A DNA stretch of 64,000 nt from SAR86 cluster bacterium (GCA_028135785.1 JAOIHS010000002.1:6222-70221); one strand, 5' to 3'. Positions 12,733 to 24,217 are shown, numbered from the stretch's first letter. Notes: generated by a model from the letters alone, not told the origin. Translations and numbers: made by a program.

Positions 12733-13590
12733 GTGGTAGATGAAACAAATAAGACTTTAAAAAGAGGTTTGGGCGCTTTGCTAGGGAATGAGGAGAAACC
12801 AGAGCTCAAAAATGATGATACATTCGTAAAAGTAGAAAAAATAAGCCCAAGCAGATTTCAAGCCAGAACAGATATTACTGAAGAAAGTTTAGAGGAACTT
12901 AAGGATTCTATAAAGTCTCAAGGTGTCATACAGCCCTTGATTGTTAGAAAATCTCCTGCAGGAAACTTTGAGCTGGTGGCAGGCGAAAGGAGACTCAGAG
13001 CATCAAAAATGGCAGGCCTTTCTGAGGTGCCAGTAGTCATAAAAAATCTAAGCGACGAAGAAATAATAAAAATGGGCTTAATAGAAAACCTCCAAAGAGA
13101 GGATTTAAACCCATTAGACGAAGCAAGAGGAATCCAGAGATTACAGAAAGAATTTAATTTAACTCAAGAAGATCTTGGCATATCTTTAGGTAAATCTAGA
13201 ACAGCAGTTACTAACTCTTTGAGGCTTCTCCAATTAACAAAGAATGTGCAAAATTTTTTAGAGTCAGGGATTTTAAACATGGGTCAATCTAGACCTTTAT
13301 TAGGATTGCCCGAAGGTCTTCAAGAAGCTTATGCAAAAAAAATAGCAAAAAATAGACTTTCTGCTAGACAAGCAGAAACGCTTGTAAAGCAATATCACAC
13401 TGAAAAGAATCCAAAAATTAAACCATCAAAAGATGCAAATCTCTTGTCGCTAGAAACAGAACTGAGCGATGCGCTGGGCTCCAAAGTACTGATAAACCAT
13501 CAAAAAAAAGGTTCAGGAAAAATTACTTTTACATATAGAAACCTTGAACAGCTTGATTTTATAATCAAACCTCATAGAAAAAAGGAATAA
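12733..13590 (+). CDS. parB: Chromosome partitioning protein ParB (Spo0J)
   Basis: ParB box GERRLRA, LIENLQREDLNPLDEA, and an HTH segment. Confidence 0.93.
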   Translation: MVDETNKTLKRGLGALLGNEEKPELKNDDTFVKVEKISPSRFQARTDITEESLEELKDSIKSQGVIQPLIVRKSPAGNFELVAGERRLRASKMAGLSEVPVVIKNLSDEEIIKMGLIENLQREDLNPLDEARGIQRLQKEFNLTQEDLGISLGKSRTAVTNSLRLLQLTKNVQNFLESGILNMGQSRPLLGLPEGLQEAYAKKIAKNRLSARQAETLVKQYHTEKNPKIKPSKDANLLSLETELSDALGSKVLINHQKKGSGKITFTYRNLEQLDFIIKPHRKKE

Positions 13591-13662
13591 GCTAAAAAAA
13601 AATTGAGTTAGTTCTTGAATAGAACCAACAGACCTAACTATAATGCTTTGCCCAAGAAACTT

Positions 13663-14547
13663 ATGGCCGAAAATAATCATACAGAATCGTCAAATTACGC
13701 ATCGGAGTTAACTTCGACTTCAGACTATATAAGTCATCATTTAACAAATCTTACTTTCGGCTGGTGTGAAAAATCTCAATCTTGGGGTTACGCAAATCAC
13801 CAACAAAGCTTATTCGAAGAAACCCCGTGTAAAGTTTCAGAAATGGGGTTTTGGACTTTACACATAGACACAATAGTTATGTCCTCTTTGCTGGGGACAG
13901 TTTTTTTTGGGTTTTTTGGTTTAGTTTTAATGGGTGCGAAAAGTGGTGTACCAGGAAAAGTACAAAATTTTGCAGAATTTGTTTTTGAATTTATAAGCAA
14001 TGCAGTAAAAACAAATTTTCACGGAACTTCTAAAATCTTGGGCCCCTTAGCTTTTACATCTTGTGTTTGGATTCTTTCTTGGAATCTAATGGATCTTCTA
14101 CCTGTCGAGTTAACAAATTTTGTGGGTAATGCAGGAGTTGGCATAGATTATTTTAAATTATTGCCGACCGCAGATGTAAATGGACCTCTAGCACTAGCAA
14201 TAGTAGTAATGTTTTTTGTCACTTATTACACAATAGCCACTCATGGCTTAGGCGGTTTTTTAAAAGAGTTTATAAACCCAATTGAATTAGTGGGCTATTT
14301 TTCAAAACATGTTGCATTGGCTTTAAGGCTCTACGGAAATTTATTTGCAGGAGAAATGATATTCATCCTGATTGGAATAATGTTTGGACAATTTTTTATG
14401 TCTTTTGGACAAACCCTCTGGTTTATTCCAGGGCTTATGATGAATTTGGTGTGGGCTCTTTTCCACATACTTATAATTGCTTTGCAGGCATATATCTTTA
14501 TGATGCTGACCATTGCTTACATTAACTTGGCTTGTGCAAAACACTAG
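13663..14547 (+). CDS. atpB: F0F1 ATP synthase subunit a
   Basis: Multi-TM protein with ALRLYGNLFAGE (essential Arg motif). Track ORF starts at 13615; the ATG at 13663 is preferred. No atpI is seen upstream. Confidence 0.92.
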   Translation: MAENNHTESSNYASELTSTSDYISHHLTNLTFGWCEKSQSWGYANHQQSLFEETPCKVSEMGFWTLHIDTIVMSSLLGTVFFGFFGLVLMGAKSGVPGKVQNFAEFVFEFISNAVKTNFHGTSKILGPLAFTSCVWILSWNLMDLLPVELTNFVGNAGVGIDYFKLLPTADVNGPLALAIVVMFFVTYYTIATHGLGGFLKEFINPIELVGYFSKHVALALRLYGNLFAGEMIFILIGIMFGQFFMSFGQTLWFIPGLMMNLVWALFHILIIALQAYIFMMLTIAYINLACAKH

Positions 14548-14557
14548 CCTCTATTAG

Positions 14558-14791
<234 letters not shown>

Positions 14792-14805
14792 AAATAGATA
14801 ATTAA

Positions 14806-15276
14806 ATGAACGTTAATGCTACCTTTTTTGCAGAGCTAATAGCTTTCTGCATCTTTATATTTATAACTTATAGATACCTTTGGCCTAGTTTTTCTTCTAT
14901 TTTAGATGCTAGAAGAAAAGAGATAGCCGAGGGCTTGGAAGCAGCTAGTCAGTCTCAAAGAAAACTAGAGGATGCTAATGAGGAATCTAGAAAGCTTGTT
15001 GAAGACGCAAAATCAGAGGCTTCAAATCTTATCAATTTAGCGGGCACTAGAGGAGACCAGATTGTTGATGAAGCCAAAAATCAAGCCGTAGAAGAGCAAA
15101 AAAAGATTAAAGCTAGCGCAGAAGCAGATATAGAACAAAATATAACAAAAGCAAAAGAAGGCTTAAAACAGGAAGTAGCAGCCTTGGTGATTTCCGGCGC
15201 CGAAAAAATCCTAAACAAAGAAGTCGATGAAAAATCCAATAAAGACATAGTCGATGCTTTAATTAAAGAGTTATAA
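14806..15276 (+). CDS. atpF: F0F1 ATP synthase subunit b
   Basis: N-terminal TM followed by a long charged coiled coil. Operon position. Confidence 0.9.
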   Translation: MNVNATFFAELIAFCIFIFITYRYLWPSFSSILDARRKEIAEGLEAASQSQRKLEDANEESRKLVEDAKSEASNLINLAGTRGDQIVDEAKNQAVEEQKKIKASAEADIEQNITKAKEGLKQEVAALVISGAEKILNKEVDEKSNKDIVDALIKEL

Positions 15277-15279
15277 AAA

Positions 15280-15816
15280 ATGTCTGAACTTCTAACTCAA
15301 TCTAGACCATATGCTGAAGCTATATTTGAAATAGCAAAAGACGAAAAGTCACTTGATATTTGGGTTGATGATTTGTCTAAAGTTGTTTCGGCAATGCAAG
15401 AAGACACAGTAAGAACTTTAATAGATTCTCCAGATCTTTCGCAAAGAAATAAAGCTGAAATATTTGTTTCATTGTTTGAGAGTGAAATATCAAAGAAGGT
15501 ATCAAATTTTGTTTTGGTTATAGGTCAAGCTAACAGATTAAAATTATTAGAGAAGGTTTTAGAGAATTTTAAAAGTCTGGTTGCCTTAGAAAAAAAACAA
15601 AAAAATGTAACAGTCGCTTCTTCCTATTCTCTCGAACAAGATCAGATAGAAAGAATTAAATTAGCTTTACAAAAGAGAACGGGTTCCGAAATAAACGTCT
15701 CAGCAGAGATAGATAAATCTCTGATCGGCGGAATCAAAATTTCATATGAAGACCAAGTAATAGACTTGTCTTTAAAAAATAAACTAGAAGCCTTAAAGGC
15801 TCAACTAAGAAACTAA
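15280..15816 (+). CDS. atpH: F0F1 ATP synthase subunit delta
   Basis: 178 aa, OSCP-like, LIGGIKI motif. Operon position. Confidence 0.9.
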   Translation: MSELLTQSRPYAEAIFEIAKDEKSLDIWVDDLSKVVSAMQEDTVRTLIDSPDLSQRNKAEIFVSLFESEISKKVSNFVLVIGQANRLKLLEKVLENFKSLVALEKKQKNVTVASSYSLEQDQIERIKLALQKRTGSEINVSAEIDKSLIGGIKISYEDQVIDLSLKNKLEALKAQLRN

Positions 15817-15826
15817 TAGGTGTGAT

Positions 15827-17371
15827 ATGGACAACTTAAATCCTTCGGAAATAAGCAAAATTATAAAAGACAGAATTAATAACTTAGATATTTCTTCAGA
15901 TGAATCCAATGAGGGAACAATTGTGTTCTTGTCAGATGGTATAGCAAGAGTGCACGGCTTAAGCGAAGCAATGTATGGAGAGTTGATTGAGTTTGAGGGT
16001 GGAATTTTTGGAATGGCTCTTAATTTAGAGAGAGATTCAGTGGGAGTTGTAATTTTTGGTGACTACAAAACATTAGCAGAAGGCGGCACAGCAAAATGTA
16101 CTGGAAAAATACTAGAGGTACCAGTTGGGCCTGAGCTCGTTGGAAGAGTTGTTGATGGATTAGGAAATCCAATTGATGGCAAAGGACCGATCGAAACAAA
16201 ATTAACAGCGCCCGTTGAAAAAGTTGCTCCTGGAGTAATGACAAGACAGCCAGTTGATGAGCCCGTCCAAATAGGTTTAAAAGCAATAGACAGTATGGTC
16301 CCAATTGGACGAGGACAAAGAGAATTAATTATCGGGGATAGGCAAACAGGTAAAACTGCTATCGCATTAGACGCCATCATAAATCAAAAGGGTACCGGGG
16401 TAACTTGTGTTTATGTTGCTGTAGGCCAGAAACAATCTTCAATAGCAGCGGTCGTAAGAAAATTAGAAGAATTTGGTGCTATGGAACATACGATTGTTGT
16501 GGCAGCAGGTGCGGCAGATCCAGCTCCTATGCTATTTCTAGCTCCTTACGCTGGCTGCACAATGGGAGAATACTTTAGAGACAAAGGAGAAGATGCTTTA
16601 ATTATTTATGATGATCTATCAAAACAAGCTGTAGCTTATCGTCAAATTTCTCTTTTACTTAGAAGGCCTCCGGGAAGAGAAGCTTATCCAGGCGATATTT
16701 TTTATCTTCACTCAAGACTTTTAGAAAGAGCTTGCAGAGTTAACAAAGACTATGTTGCTGAGCAAACTAATGGAAAAGTAACAGGTCAAACTGGTTCTTT
16801 GACAGCTTTACCAATTATTGAAACTCAAGCGGGAGATGTATCTGCTTTTGTTCCAACCAACGTAATTTCAATTACTGATGGGCAAATATTTTTAGAAACA
16901 TCTTACTTTAATAAAGGTTTGCTGCCGGCAATGAATCCAGGCATATCTGTATCTAGAGTGGGTGGAGCAGCACAAACGCCTTTAATTAAAAAATTAGGTG
17001 GAGGGGTGAGAATAGCTCTAGCCCAATTTAGAGAGCTTGAGGCTTTTGCGCAATTTGCATCTGATCTTGATGATGCATCTAGAGAACAATTAGAAATGGG
17101 TCAAAAAGTAACTGAGCTTATGAAACAAAAACAATATTCTCCAATGTCAGTATCTCAAATGGGCTTGGTTCTATTTGCAGTTGATAGAGGTTATTTAAAA
17201 GATGTGGAAATTAATAAGATTGGAAGTTTCGAATCAGCGCTTCTTTCATACATGGCTACAGAGCACAAAGACTTTATGGATACGCTGGCGGAAACTGGCG
17301 AACATTCAGATGAGGTTCTTAAAGTTTTTGCCGACTCACTAGATAAATTTAAATCTACTCAAAGCTGGTAG
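15827..17371 (+). CDS. atpA: F0F1 ATP synthase subunit alpha
   Basis: Walker [30 protein letters not shown]. Confidence 0.98.
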   Translation: MDNLNPSEISKIIKDRINNLDISSDESNEGTIVFLSDGIARVHGLSEAMYGELIEFEGGIFGMALNLERDSVGVVIFGDYKTLAEGGTAKCTGKILEVPVGPELVGRVVDGLGNPIDGKGPIETKLTAPVEKVAPGVMTRQPVDEPVQIGLKAIDSMVPIGRGQRELIIGDRQTGKTAIALDAIINQKGTGVTCVYVAVGQKQSSIAAVVRKLEEFGAMEHTIVVAAGAADPAPMLFLAPYAGCTMGEYFRDKGEDALIIYDDLSKQAVAYRQISLLLRRPPGREAYPGDIFYLHSRLLERACRVNKDYVAEQTNGKVTGQTGSLTALPIIETQAGDVSAFVPTNVISITDGQIFLETSYFNKGLLPAMNPGISVSRVGGAAQTPLIKKLGGGVRIALAQFRELEAFAQFASDLDDASREQLEMGQKVTELMKQKQYSPMSVSQMGLVLFAVDRGYLKDVEINKIGSFESALLSYMATEHKDFMDTLAETGEHSDEVLKVFADSLDKFKSTQSW

Positions 17372-17377
17372 TTATAA

Positions 17378-18238
17378 ATGGCTAATACTAAAGAAATAAG
17401 AAAGCAGATTTCAAGTATTTCAAATACTCAGAAAATAACCAGCGCTATGGAAATGGTAGCTTCTAGTAAAATGCGTAAAACTCAGGACCGAATGGAAATG
17501 GGAAGACCTTACGCAGATAGAATGCTTTCTGTAATTGGACATTTAGCCAATTCTAACCCGGAATATAAACCACTTTACATGTCAGAAAGAGACGTTAAGG
17601 GAATAGGAGTTATTGTTGTTGGTTCCGACAAAGGATTGTGTGGTGGATTAAATATTAATTTATTTAGGTCATTGTTACCTTTTTTGAAAGAACAATCCGA
17701 TGCTGGTATAAACCAAATGTTTTGTCCTATAGGAACTAAAGCAAAAATATTTTTTAATTCTTTTGGCGGAGATGTTGTAGCAGTTTCAGAAAAACTTGGA
17801 GATATTCCGGCTTTAGAAGATTTGATAGGTTCCATTAAGGTTTTATTGGATAAATTTGAAAGCGGCGAAATTGATAAGGTTTATCTAGCCAGTAATAGAT
17901 TTGAAAATACCATGACGCAACAGCCTGAAATCAGACAGTTGTTACCTCTTTTGCCAGAAGACACGCCTGAACTTAAGCATAGATGGGACTATATATATGA
18001 GCCTGATGCAAAGGAATTGTTAGATGGTTTGATGCAACGCTATATCGAATCATTGGTATATCAAGCAGTAATAGAAAATATTGCCTGCGAACAAGCTGCA
18101 AAAATGGTGGCAATGAAAAATGCTACAGAAAATGCAGGAACAATAATTGACGAGTTACAACTTATTTACAACAACGCCAGGCAAGCCGCAATTACTCAGG
18201 AACTTTCTGAGATTGTTGCAGGTGCCGAGGCAATATAG
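17378..18238 (+). CDS. atpG: F0F1 ATP synthase subunit gamma
   Basis: N-terminal [22 protein letters not shown] and C-terminal ITQELSEIV. Confidence 0.95.
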   Translation: MANTKEIRKQISSISNTQKITSAMEMVASSKMRKTQDRMEMGRPYADRMLSVIGHLANSNPEYKPLYMSERDVKGIGVIVVGSDKGLCGGLNINLFRSLLPFLKEQSDAGINQMFCPIGTKAKIFFNSFGGDVVAVSEKLGDIPALEDLIGSIKVLLDKFESGEIDKVYLASNRFENTMTQQPEIRQLLPLLPEDTPELKHRWDYIYEPDAKELLDGLMQRYIESLVYQAVIENIACEQAAKMVAMKNATENAGTIIDELQLIYNNARQAAITQELSEIVAGAEAI

Positions 18239-18253
18239 ATTTAGTAGAGGTAA

Positions 18254-19630
<1,377 letters not shown>

Positions 19631-19634
19631 TTTT

Positions 19635-20048
19635 ATGGCCACTATTCAATGCAGCATTGTCAGCGCAGAAAAAGAAATATTTTCTGAAGCAGTCACAATG
19701 GTGGTTGCCACCGGTTCGATGGGTGAGTTAGGAATTACTCCAGGACACTCACAACTTTTAACCGGAATAAAACCAGGTCCGGTGAAAGTTGTTAAAGAAA
19801 ATGGCGAAGAAGAAATATTCTTTCTATCTGGCGGATTCATCGAAGTCCAACCAGATGTAGTAACTTTATTATCTGATGTTGCGATAAGAGCAGAAGATAT
19901 CGATGAAGAGCAAGCAGAAAAAGCTAGAGAGCAAGCGGAACAAATTAGAGATAATGCAGATTCAGATCTAGACTTTTCTAGAGCCAGAGCAGAATTGGCA
20001 GAAGCTGCCGCCAGACTACAAACCTTGCGCAAGTTACGCAAGAAATAG
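19635..20048 (+). CDS. atpC: F0F1 ATP synthase subunit epsilon
   Basis: 137 aa with a beta-sandwich followed by a helical hairpin. Last gene of the atp operon. Confidence 0.93.
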   Translation: MATIQCSIVSAEKEIFSEAVTMVVATGSMGELGITPGHSQLLTGIKPGPVKVVKENGEEEIFFLSGGFIEVQPDVVTLLSDVAIRAEDIDEEQAEKAREQAEQIRDNADSDLDFSRARAELAEAAARLQTLRKLRKK

Positions 20049-20090
20049 TTTAATATCACACAATAGAGCTATTAAATTAGCTCAATTATT

Positions 20091-21437
20091 ATGAATGTAG
20101 ATATTATTATATTAGCAGCTGGTAAAGGTACCAGAATGCAATCTCCACTCCCCAAGGTTTTACAGACGCTTGGACATAAATCACTGCTTCAACACATAGT
20201 CGATACATGTGCTGATATCAAACAAAGCAAACTTCATATTATTGTTGGCGATCAAAAGGAATTAGTTAAAAAGGTTACTTCAGTACCAAAATCAACCAAT
20301 TGGGTAAATCAAAACAAACAACTTGGTACTGGACATGCGGTGAAGCAGGCTTTGAATCAGCTAAGACCGAATGCTTGTTGTTTAGTGCTTTACGCAGATG
20401 GCCCTTTAGTAACTGCAAATACTCTAAAAAAACTAATTAAGGCAGCTGATAAAGATAATTTAAGTTTGCTTACATTTGAGCCCACTATTTCAAAAGGGCT
20501 TGGAAGAATTATTCGGAATGATAAAAAACAAATTCAAAAAATTATAGAAGAAAAAGATGCCTCTTCTCAAGAAAAACTTATTAAAGAAGTTAATTCAGGA
20601 ATATTAGCCACATCAAGTAAAAACTTTAAAACTTGGCTTCCCAAAATAAAAAACAAGAACGCTTCTAAAGAATACCAATTGACTGACATCATTGCTTTTG
20701 CAGTTAACGATCAAAAGAAAATAAATGCTATTAACTTAGGCAACACAAATGAACTGCTAGCTGCAAATGATGCTTTAGAGCTGCATAACTTAGAAAAAAT
20801 ATATCACAAAAATATAGCTGAAAAGTTTGTTAAAAAAGGCGTAAGGTTTGCAGATATCAACCGAGTTGATTTTCGAGGTGAAGTTGAGATCAAATCGGGA
20901 ACTTTCGTCGATAACAACGTAATTTTTGAGGGGAACGCTCTAATTGGTAAAGACTGTAAAATTGGATCGGGAAGCATCATTAAAAATGCCACTTTAAAAG
21001 ACAATGTTGAAATAGAGCCTTTTACAATCATAGAAAATTCTAAAGTTGGAACCAACGCGAAGATAGGACCTTTTGCCCATGTTGGTCCAGGCACAACCTT
21101 GGAAGACGAAGCAGAAATTGGTAATTTTGTGGAAGTAAAAAGGAGCGTTATTGGAAAGAAAACCAAAGCCAAGCACTTAGCTTATATTGGCGACGGCATA
21201 TTAAGAGATCAAGTAAACGTCGGCGCTGGAACAATTTTTGTCAATTACGATGGTAAAAATAAAAACAAAACAATAGTAGGCACTAAGGCTTTTATCGGCT
21301 CCAATTCTTCTTTAGTAGCTCCTTTAAAAATAGGCAAGAATAGCATGATCGGCGCTGGCTCAGTTGTCACTAGCAATGTTCCGGAAAATAAATTGGCTTT
21401 AGGCAGAAGCAGACAAAAAAATATTAAAAGAAAATAA
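20091..21437 (+). CDS. glmU: Bifunctional GlcNAc-1-P uridyltransferase / GlcN-1-P acetyltransferase GlmU
   Basis: N-terminal LAAGKGTRM, C-terminal left-handed beta-helix hexapeptide repeats. Its stop overlaps the glmS start (TAATG). Confidence 0.95.
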   Translation: MNVDIIILAAGKGTRMQSPLPKVLQTLGHKSLLQHIVDTCADIKQSKLHIIVGDQKELVKKVTSVPKSTNWVNQNKQLGTGHAVKQALNQLRPNACCLVLYADGPLVTANTLKKLIKAADKDNLSLLTFEPTISKGLGRIIRNDKKQIQKIIEEKDASSQEKLIKEVNSGILATSSKNFKTWLPKIKNKNASKEYQLTDIIAFAVNDQKKINAINLGNTNELLAANDALELHNLEKIYHKNIAEKFVKKGVRFADINRVDFRGEVEIKSGTFVDNNVIFEGNALIGKDCKIGSGSIIKNATLKDNVEIEPFTIIENSKVGTNAKIGPFAHVGPGTTLEDEAEIGNFVEVKRSVIGKKTKAKHLAYIGDGILRDQVNVGAGTIFVNYDGKNKNKTIVGTKAFIGSNSSLVAPLKIGKNSMIGAGSVVTSNVPENKLALGRSRQKNIKRK

Positions 21438-23263
21438 TGTGTGGAATTATTGCAGCAGCAACCAATAGAAATGTAGGTAAGCTTTTGGTCCAAGGCCTTC
21501 ATAAAATGGAGTATCGAGGATATGACTCAGCAGGTATTGCCTTACACCAAGAAACCTCAATAGTGCATTTAAGATGTTTAGGAAAAGTAAGGCGCTTAGA
21601 AGAGAAAATGATTGAAGAAAAGCCTAAGGGTAAAGTTGGTATTGCTCATACCAGGTGGGCAACTCATGGCGAGCCCTCTGAAGTAAATGCTCATCCGCAT
21701 TCCTCTAAAGAGAGGGTTTATATCGTACACAATGGCATCATTGAAAACTACATTGAGCTGAAAAAAGAATTAATTGAATACGGATATGCTTTCAGTTCGC
21801 AAACAGATTCAGAACTAATCGCTCATTTACTGGATTATTTTCTAAATCAGAAAAACACCATGATTGATGCCATGCATTCGATTAAAGAAAAAATGCAGGG
21901 TGCTTATGCGATTGCTGCAATTGATCAAGAAGATAGCGATTCTTTTTATCTGGCTAGAAATAATTCACCTCTATTATTAGGAGTAGGTTCAGAAGAGTTA
22001 TTTGCAGCCTCAGATCCTTTGGCTATTTCAGACTTAACGGATAAATTTATTTTTCTTGAAGATGGTGATGTGGTTGAGGCCTCCAGCAAAGCTTATAAAA
22101 TTTACGATAAAAATAAAGAAGAGGTACAAAGAGAGTTAACGCATTTAAATATTTCTGCTCAAGCAACTTCAAAAGGTGAATATAAGCACTTCATGGAAAA
22201 AGAAATATTCGAACAACCTACTGCTATCTTAAATACTATCGATGGCAGAATTGGCGGTGAAGACGTCTTGGAAAATATTTTTGGGGAAGGTTCAAACGAA
22301 TTATTGGCTCAAGTAAAAAGAATTCAGGTTGTTGCTTGCGGTACTAGTTTGCATGCAGGGAGAGTAGCAGCAAATTGGTTTTCTTCTATTTCTCAAGTTC
22401 CTACACAAATAGATTACGCCAGTGAGTATCGATACAAAAACCCATATATTGATAAAAATACTTTGCTAGTGACGATTTCACAGTCAGGCGAAACCGCCGA
22501 TACTTTGAGCGCTTTAAGATACGCTAAGAGTCAAAATTATTTGGGGTCGCTTACTATCTGTAACGTTCCAACTAGTTCTATTGCGCGAGAGTCTGATTAT
22601 GTTTTGCTCACCAATGCTGGACCAGAAATAGGCGTAGCTTCAACTAAGGCCTTCACCACTCAATTAACTGCTTTGATGCTGTTGGCACTTTCTATTGCTA
22701 AAGCCAAAGATATAAATCCAAAACTTAGAACTAGACTGGCTACAGCCCTTAGAGCTTTACCAGAAATAGTATCTCAGTCTTTAGAATTGAGAGGTCAACT
22801 GATAGAGATAGCACCAAGTATCGCCAATAAAGACAATGCACTTTTTCTAGGTAGAGGAATGTTTTACCCAATTGCTAAAGAGGGTGCTTTAAAACTAAAA
22901 GAAATATCTTACATTCATGCGGAAGCCTATCCGGCTGGAGAATTGAAACATGGTCCTTTGGCTTTGATAGATGAGAACATGCCAGTCATCGCGCTAGCTC
23001 CCGAAAGTGACTTTGCTGAAAAATTAATTTCAAATTTAGAAGAAGTAAAAGCGAGGGGTGGAACTTTATATGTGTTTGGTAACGCTGCTGGAGATCTAAG
23101 TATTGATTCCGGGAAACTCATCAACATGCCGGAGTGTGATTTTTTGCTTACGCCAATTTTATACACTGTGCCCTTGCAAATTCTTTCTTACGAGGTTGCT
23201 TTGCTTAGAGGTACAGATATTGATCAACCAAGAAACTTGGCTAAGTCTGTGACGGTGGAGTAG
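21437..23263 (+). CDS. glmS: Glutamine--fructose-6-phosphate aminotransferase GlmS
   Basis: MCGI N-terminal nucleophile, two SIS domains (SQSGETADT), conserved C-terminus NLAKSVTVE-stop. Confidence 0.98.
   Translation: MCGIIAAATNRNVGKLLVQGLHKMEYRGYDSAGIALHQETSIVHLRCLGKVRRLEEKMIEEKPKGKVGIAHTRWATHGEPSEVNAHPHSSKERVYIVHNGIIENYIELKKELIEYGYAFSSQTDSELIAHLLDYFLNQKNTMIDAMHSIKEKMQGAYAIAAIDQEDSDSFYLARNNSPLLLGVGSEELFAASDPLAISDLTDKFIFLEDGDVVEASSKAYKIYDKNKEEVQRELTHLNISAQATSKGEYKHFMEKEIFEQPTAILNTIDGRIGGEDVLENIFGEGSNELLAQVKRIQVVACGTSLHAGRVAANWFSSISQVPTQIDYASEYRYKNPYIDKNTLLVTISQSGETADTLSALRYAKSQNYLGSLTICNVPTSSIARESDYVLLTNAGPEIGVASTKAFTTQLTALMLLALSIAKAKDINPKLRTRLATALRALPEIVSQSLELRGQLIEIAPSIANKDNALFLGRGMFYPIAKEGALKLKEISYIHAEAYPAGELKHGPLALIDENMPVIALAPESDFAEKLISNLEEVKARGGTLYVFGNAAGDLSIDSGKLINMPECDFLLTPILYTVPLQILSYEVALLRGTDIDQPRNLAKSVTVE
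23246..23263 (+). repeat. glmS-terminus copy 0 (resident, functional): TCT GTG ACG GTG GAG TAG = SVTVE-stop
   Basis: Last 18 nt of the glmS ORF. Serves as the reference for copies 1-5. Confidence 0.95.
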
Positions 23264-23274
23264 TTTCGAGTGAC
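23264..23274. repeat. Left arm of a perfect 11-bp inverted repeat (TTTCGAGTGAC) bounding unit 1
   Basis: Exact reverse complement of 24141-24151. Starts immediately after the glmS stop and contains the GTG start (23270) of the unit-1 ORF. Confidence 0.85.
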
Positions 23275-24097
23275 TATTAAAGAAGTAAAAAAATTAGTTA
23301 CTTCATACACTCAAACAAAGAATAAACTAAAAAAACTTGCCCCCACTTTTAATTGGGGAAATCTTCTTGCTGATTATGGTGAGTATGTTTGTATTCAACA
23401 TTATTCTTTGAAACAAGCACCAATTGGAACAAAAGGATTCGATGCAAAAACCAAGAGAAATAAAAGTGTGCAAATCAAGACTGTCAGGGACACTACTAGG
23501 AACATCAGATTCACAAAAGGAGCAGATTACTTGTTGGTTATTGAGGTAGACGAAGATGCTGAATGGAACGAAGTTTATTACGGAAATTTTGCCAAAATTA
23601 TCAAGGCATCTTCCATGACAAAAAATGGCAAATATACTATAGGGATAGAGAAACTTAAGAAAATTTCAAACAATACCTACAAACCAAAGGAAGATATTGA
23701 ATTAACACTCAAAACAGGCAGGAAAATAACTGCTGCCTCTAGAGAAGAACTACATAAAAAACTTACAAAAATGGGGCATAAGTTACCTCGAATAGAAACA
23801 ATTAATAGACGAATAAATGACTTTGATTGGCAATTAGAAAGAGCATTTCAAATAAAGGTTCCTCCCAATTATGCTGAAGTAGAAAATTTAGTAGAAAAAG
23901 AAGGTTATGAGTGGTTTCCTGAAACACCAACTCAAGATAACAGCAGACAACCCTTTGTTTCAGATTTTGAAAAGAGAGTATATATTTCCCAAAAATACTT
24001 TTGCAAAGAGCATGGATTAAAAGAATGGTATGTTAGTGAAAAAAAAGAACTGGGTTGGGATTCAGCAAGGATAATTATGAGTTTTAGGCAGTCATAA
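23270..24097 (+). CDS. Hypothetical protein: N-terminal Mrr-like PD-(D/E)xK nuclease core fused to two C-terminal HTH-like modules of the kind seen in free-standing homing endonucleases
   Basis: 275 aa. Has E38 (GEY), D58 (KGFDA) and Q68-I-K70 (SVQIKT), followed by hydrophobic strand YLLVIEVDED, i.e. a D..QxK signature as in Mrr-cat nucleases. C-terminal half has RIETINRRINDFDWQLERAF and LKEWYVSEKKELGWDSARII (x-I-x-R-R-I..[GD]W..E-x-A type). The GGTGGAG of the glmS end serves as a Shine-Dalgarno-like element 7 nt upstream of the GTG start. Motif-level call only. Confidence 0.5.
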   Translation: MTIKEVKKLVTSYTQTKNKLKKLAPTFNWGNLLADYGEYVCIQHYSLKQAPIGTKGFDAKTKRNKSVQIKTVRDTTRNIRFTKGADYLLVIEVDEDAEWNEVYYGNFAKIIKASSMTKNGKYTIGIEKLKKISNNTYKPKEDIELTLKTGRKITAASREELHKKLTKMGHKLPRIETINRRINDFDWQLERAFQIKVPPNYAEVENLVEKEGYEWFPETPTQDNSRQPFVSDFEKRVYISQKYFCKEHGLKEWYVSEKKELGWDSARIIMSFRQS

Positions 24098-24140
24098 AAA
24101 ATGACTTATAAGTATAATAAAAAGTTAAATGTCTTTATTC

Positions 24141-24151
24141 GTCACTCGAAA
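24141..24151. repeat. Right arm of the perfect 11-bp inverted repeat (GTCACTCGAAA) bounding unit 1
   Basis: Exact reverse complement of 23264-23274. Ends 4 nt before glmS-terminus copy 1. Confidence 0.85.
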
Positions 24152-24155
24152 ACAG

Positions 24156-24173
24156 TCAGTGACAGTGGAGTAA
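24156..24173 (+). repeat. glmS-terminus copy 1: TCA GTG ACA GTG GAG TAA = SVTVE-stop
   Basis: 15/18 identical to copy 0. All 3 differences fall at codon third positions (stop TAG to TAA). A terminator-like hairpin follows. Confidence 0.85.
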
Positions 24174-24217
24174 ATCAACCTCAACTTTCGTTTTAATCCC
24201 GCATTCTGCGGTTGTTT
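24167..24217. repeat. Left arm of an approximately 50-nt imperfect inverted repeat flanking the R-M unit
   Basis: The reverse complement AAACAACCGCAGAATGCGGGATTAAAACGAAAGTTGAGGTTGATTTACTCC aligns with 25989-26036. The distal 25 nt match 22/25, and the AAAC(A)ACCGCAGAA block is shared apart from a 1-nt indel. The middle has small indels. Confidence 0.75.
24199..24217 (+). terminator. Possible intrinsic terminator (CCGCA-TTC-TGCGG followed by TTGTTT), candidate ancestral glmS terminator
   Basis: 5-bp GC-rich stem with a 3-nt loop and a T-rich tail, 26 nt after the stop codon of copy 1. The stem is short. Confidence 0.4.

Noticed and set aside
19646-20059. 137-aa ORF exactly antisense to atpC (same length), and similar long antisense ORFs over parA (11892-12302), atpA (16020-16380), glmU (20804-21172) and yidC
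   Set aside because: These are low-complexity, Ser/Leu-rich translations fully overlapping strongly supported conserved genes. This is typical of stop-poor antisense frames, and no independent signal supports them.
20066-20083. GAGCTA-TTAAAT-TAGCTC hairpin after atpC as an intrinsic terminator
   Set aside because: The 6-bp AT-rich stem has no clear U-tract and glmU follows within 10 nt, so read-through is more likely.
24129-24173. 14-codon mini-ORF MSLFVTRKQSVTVE-stop ending in copy 1
   Set aside because: No Shine-Dalgarno, and similarity to GlmS is limited to the last five residues. It is treated as a relic rather than a gene.
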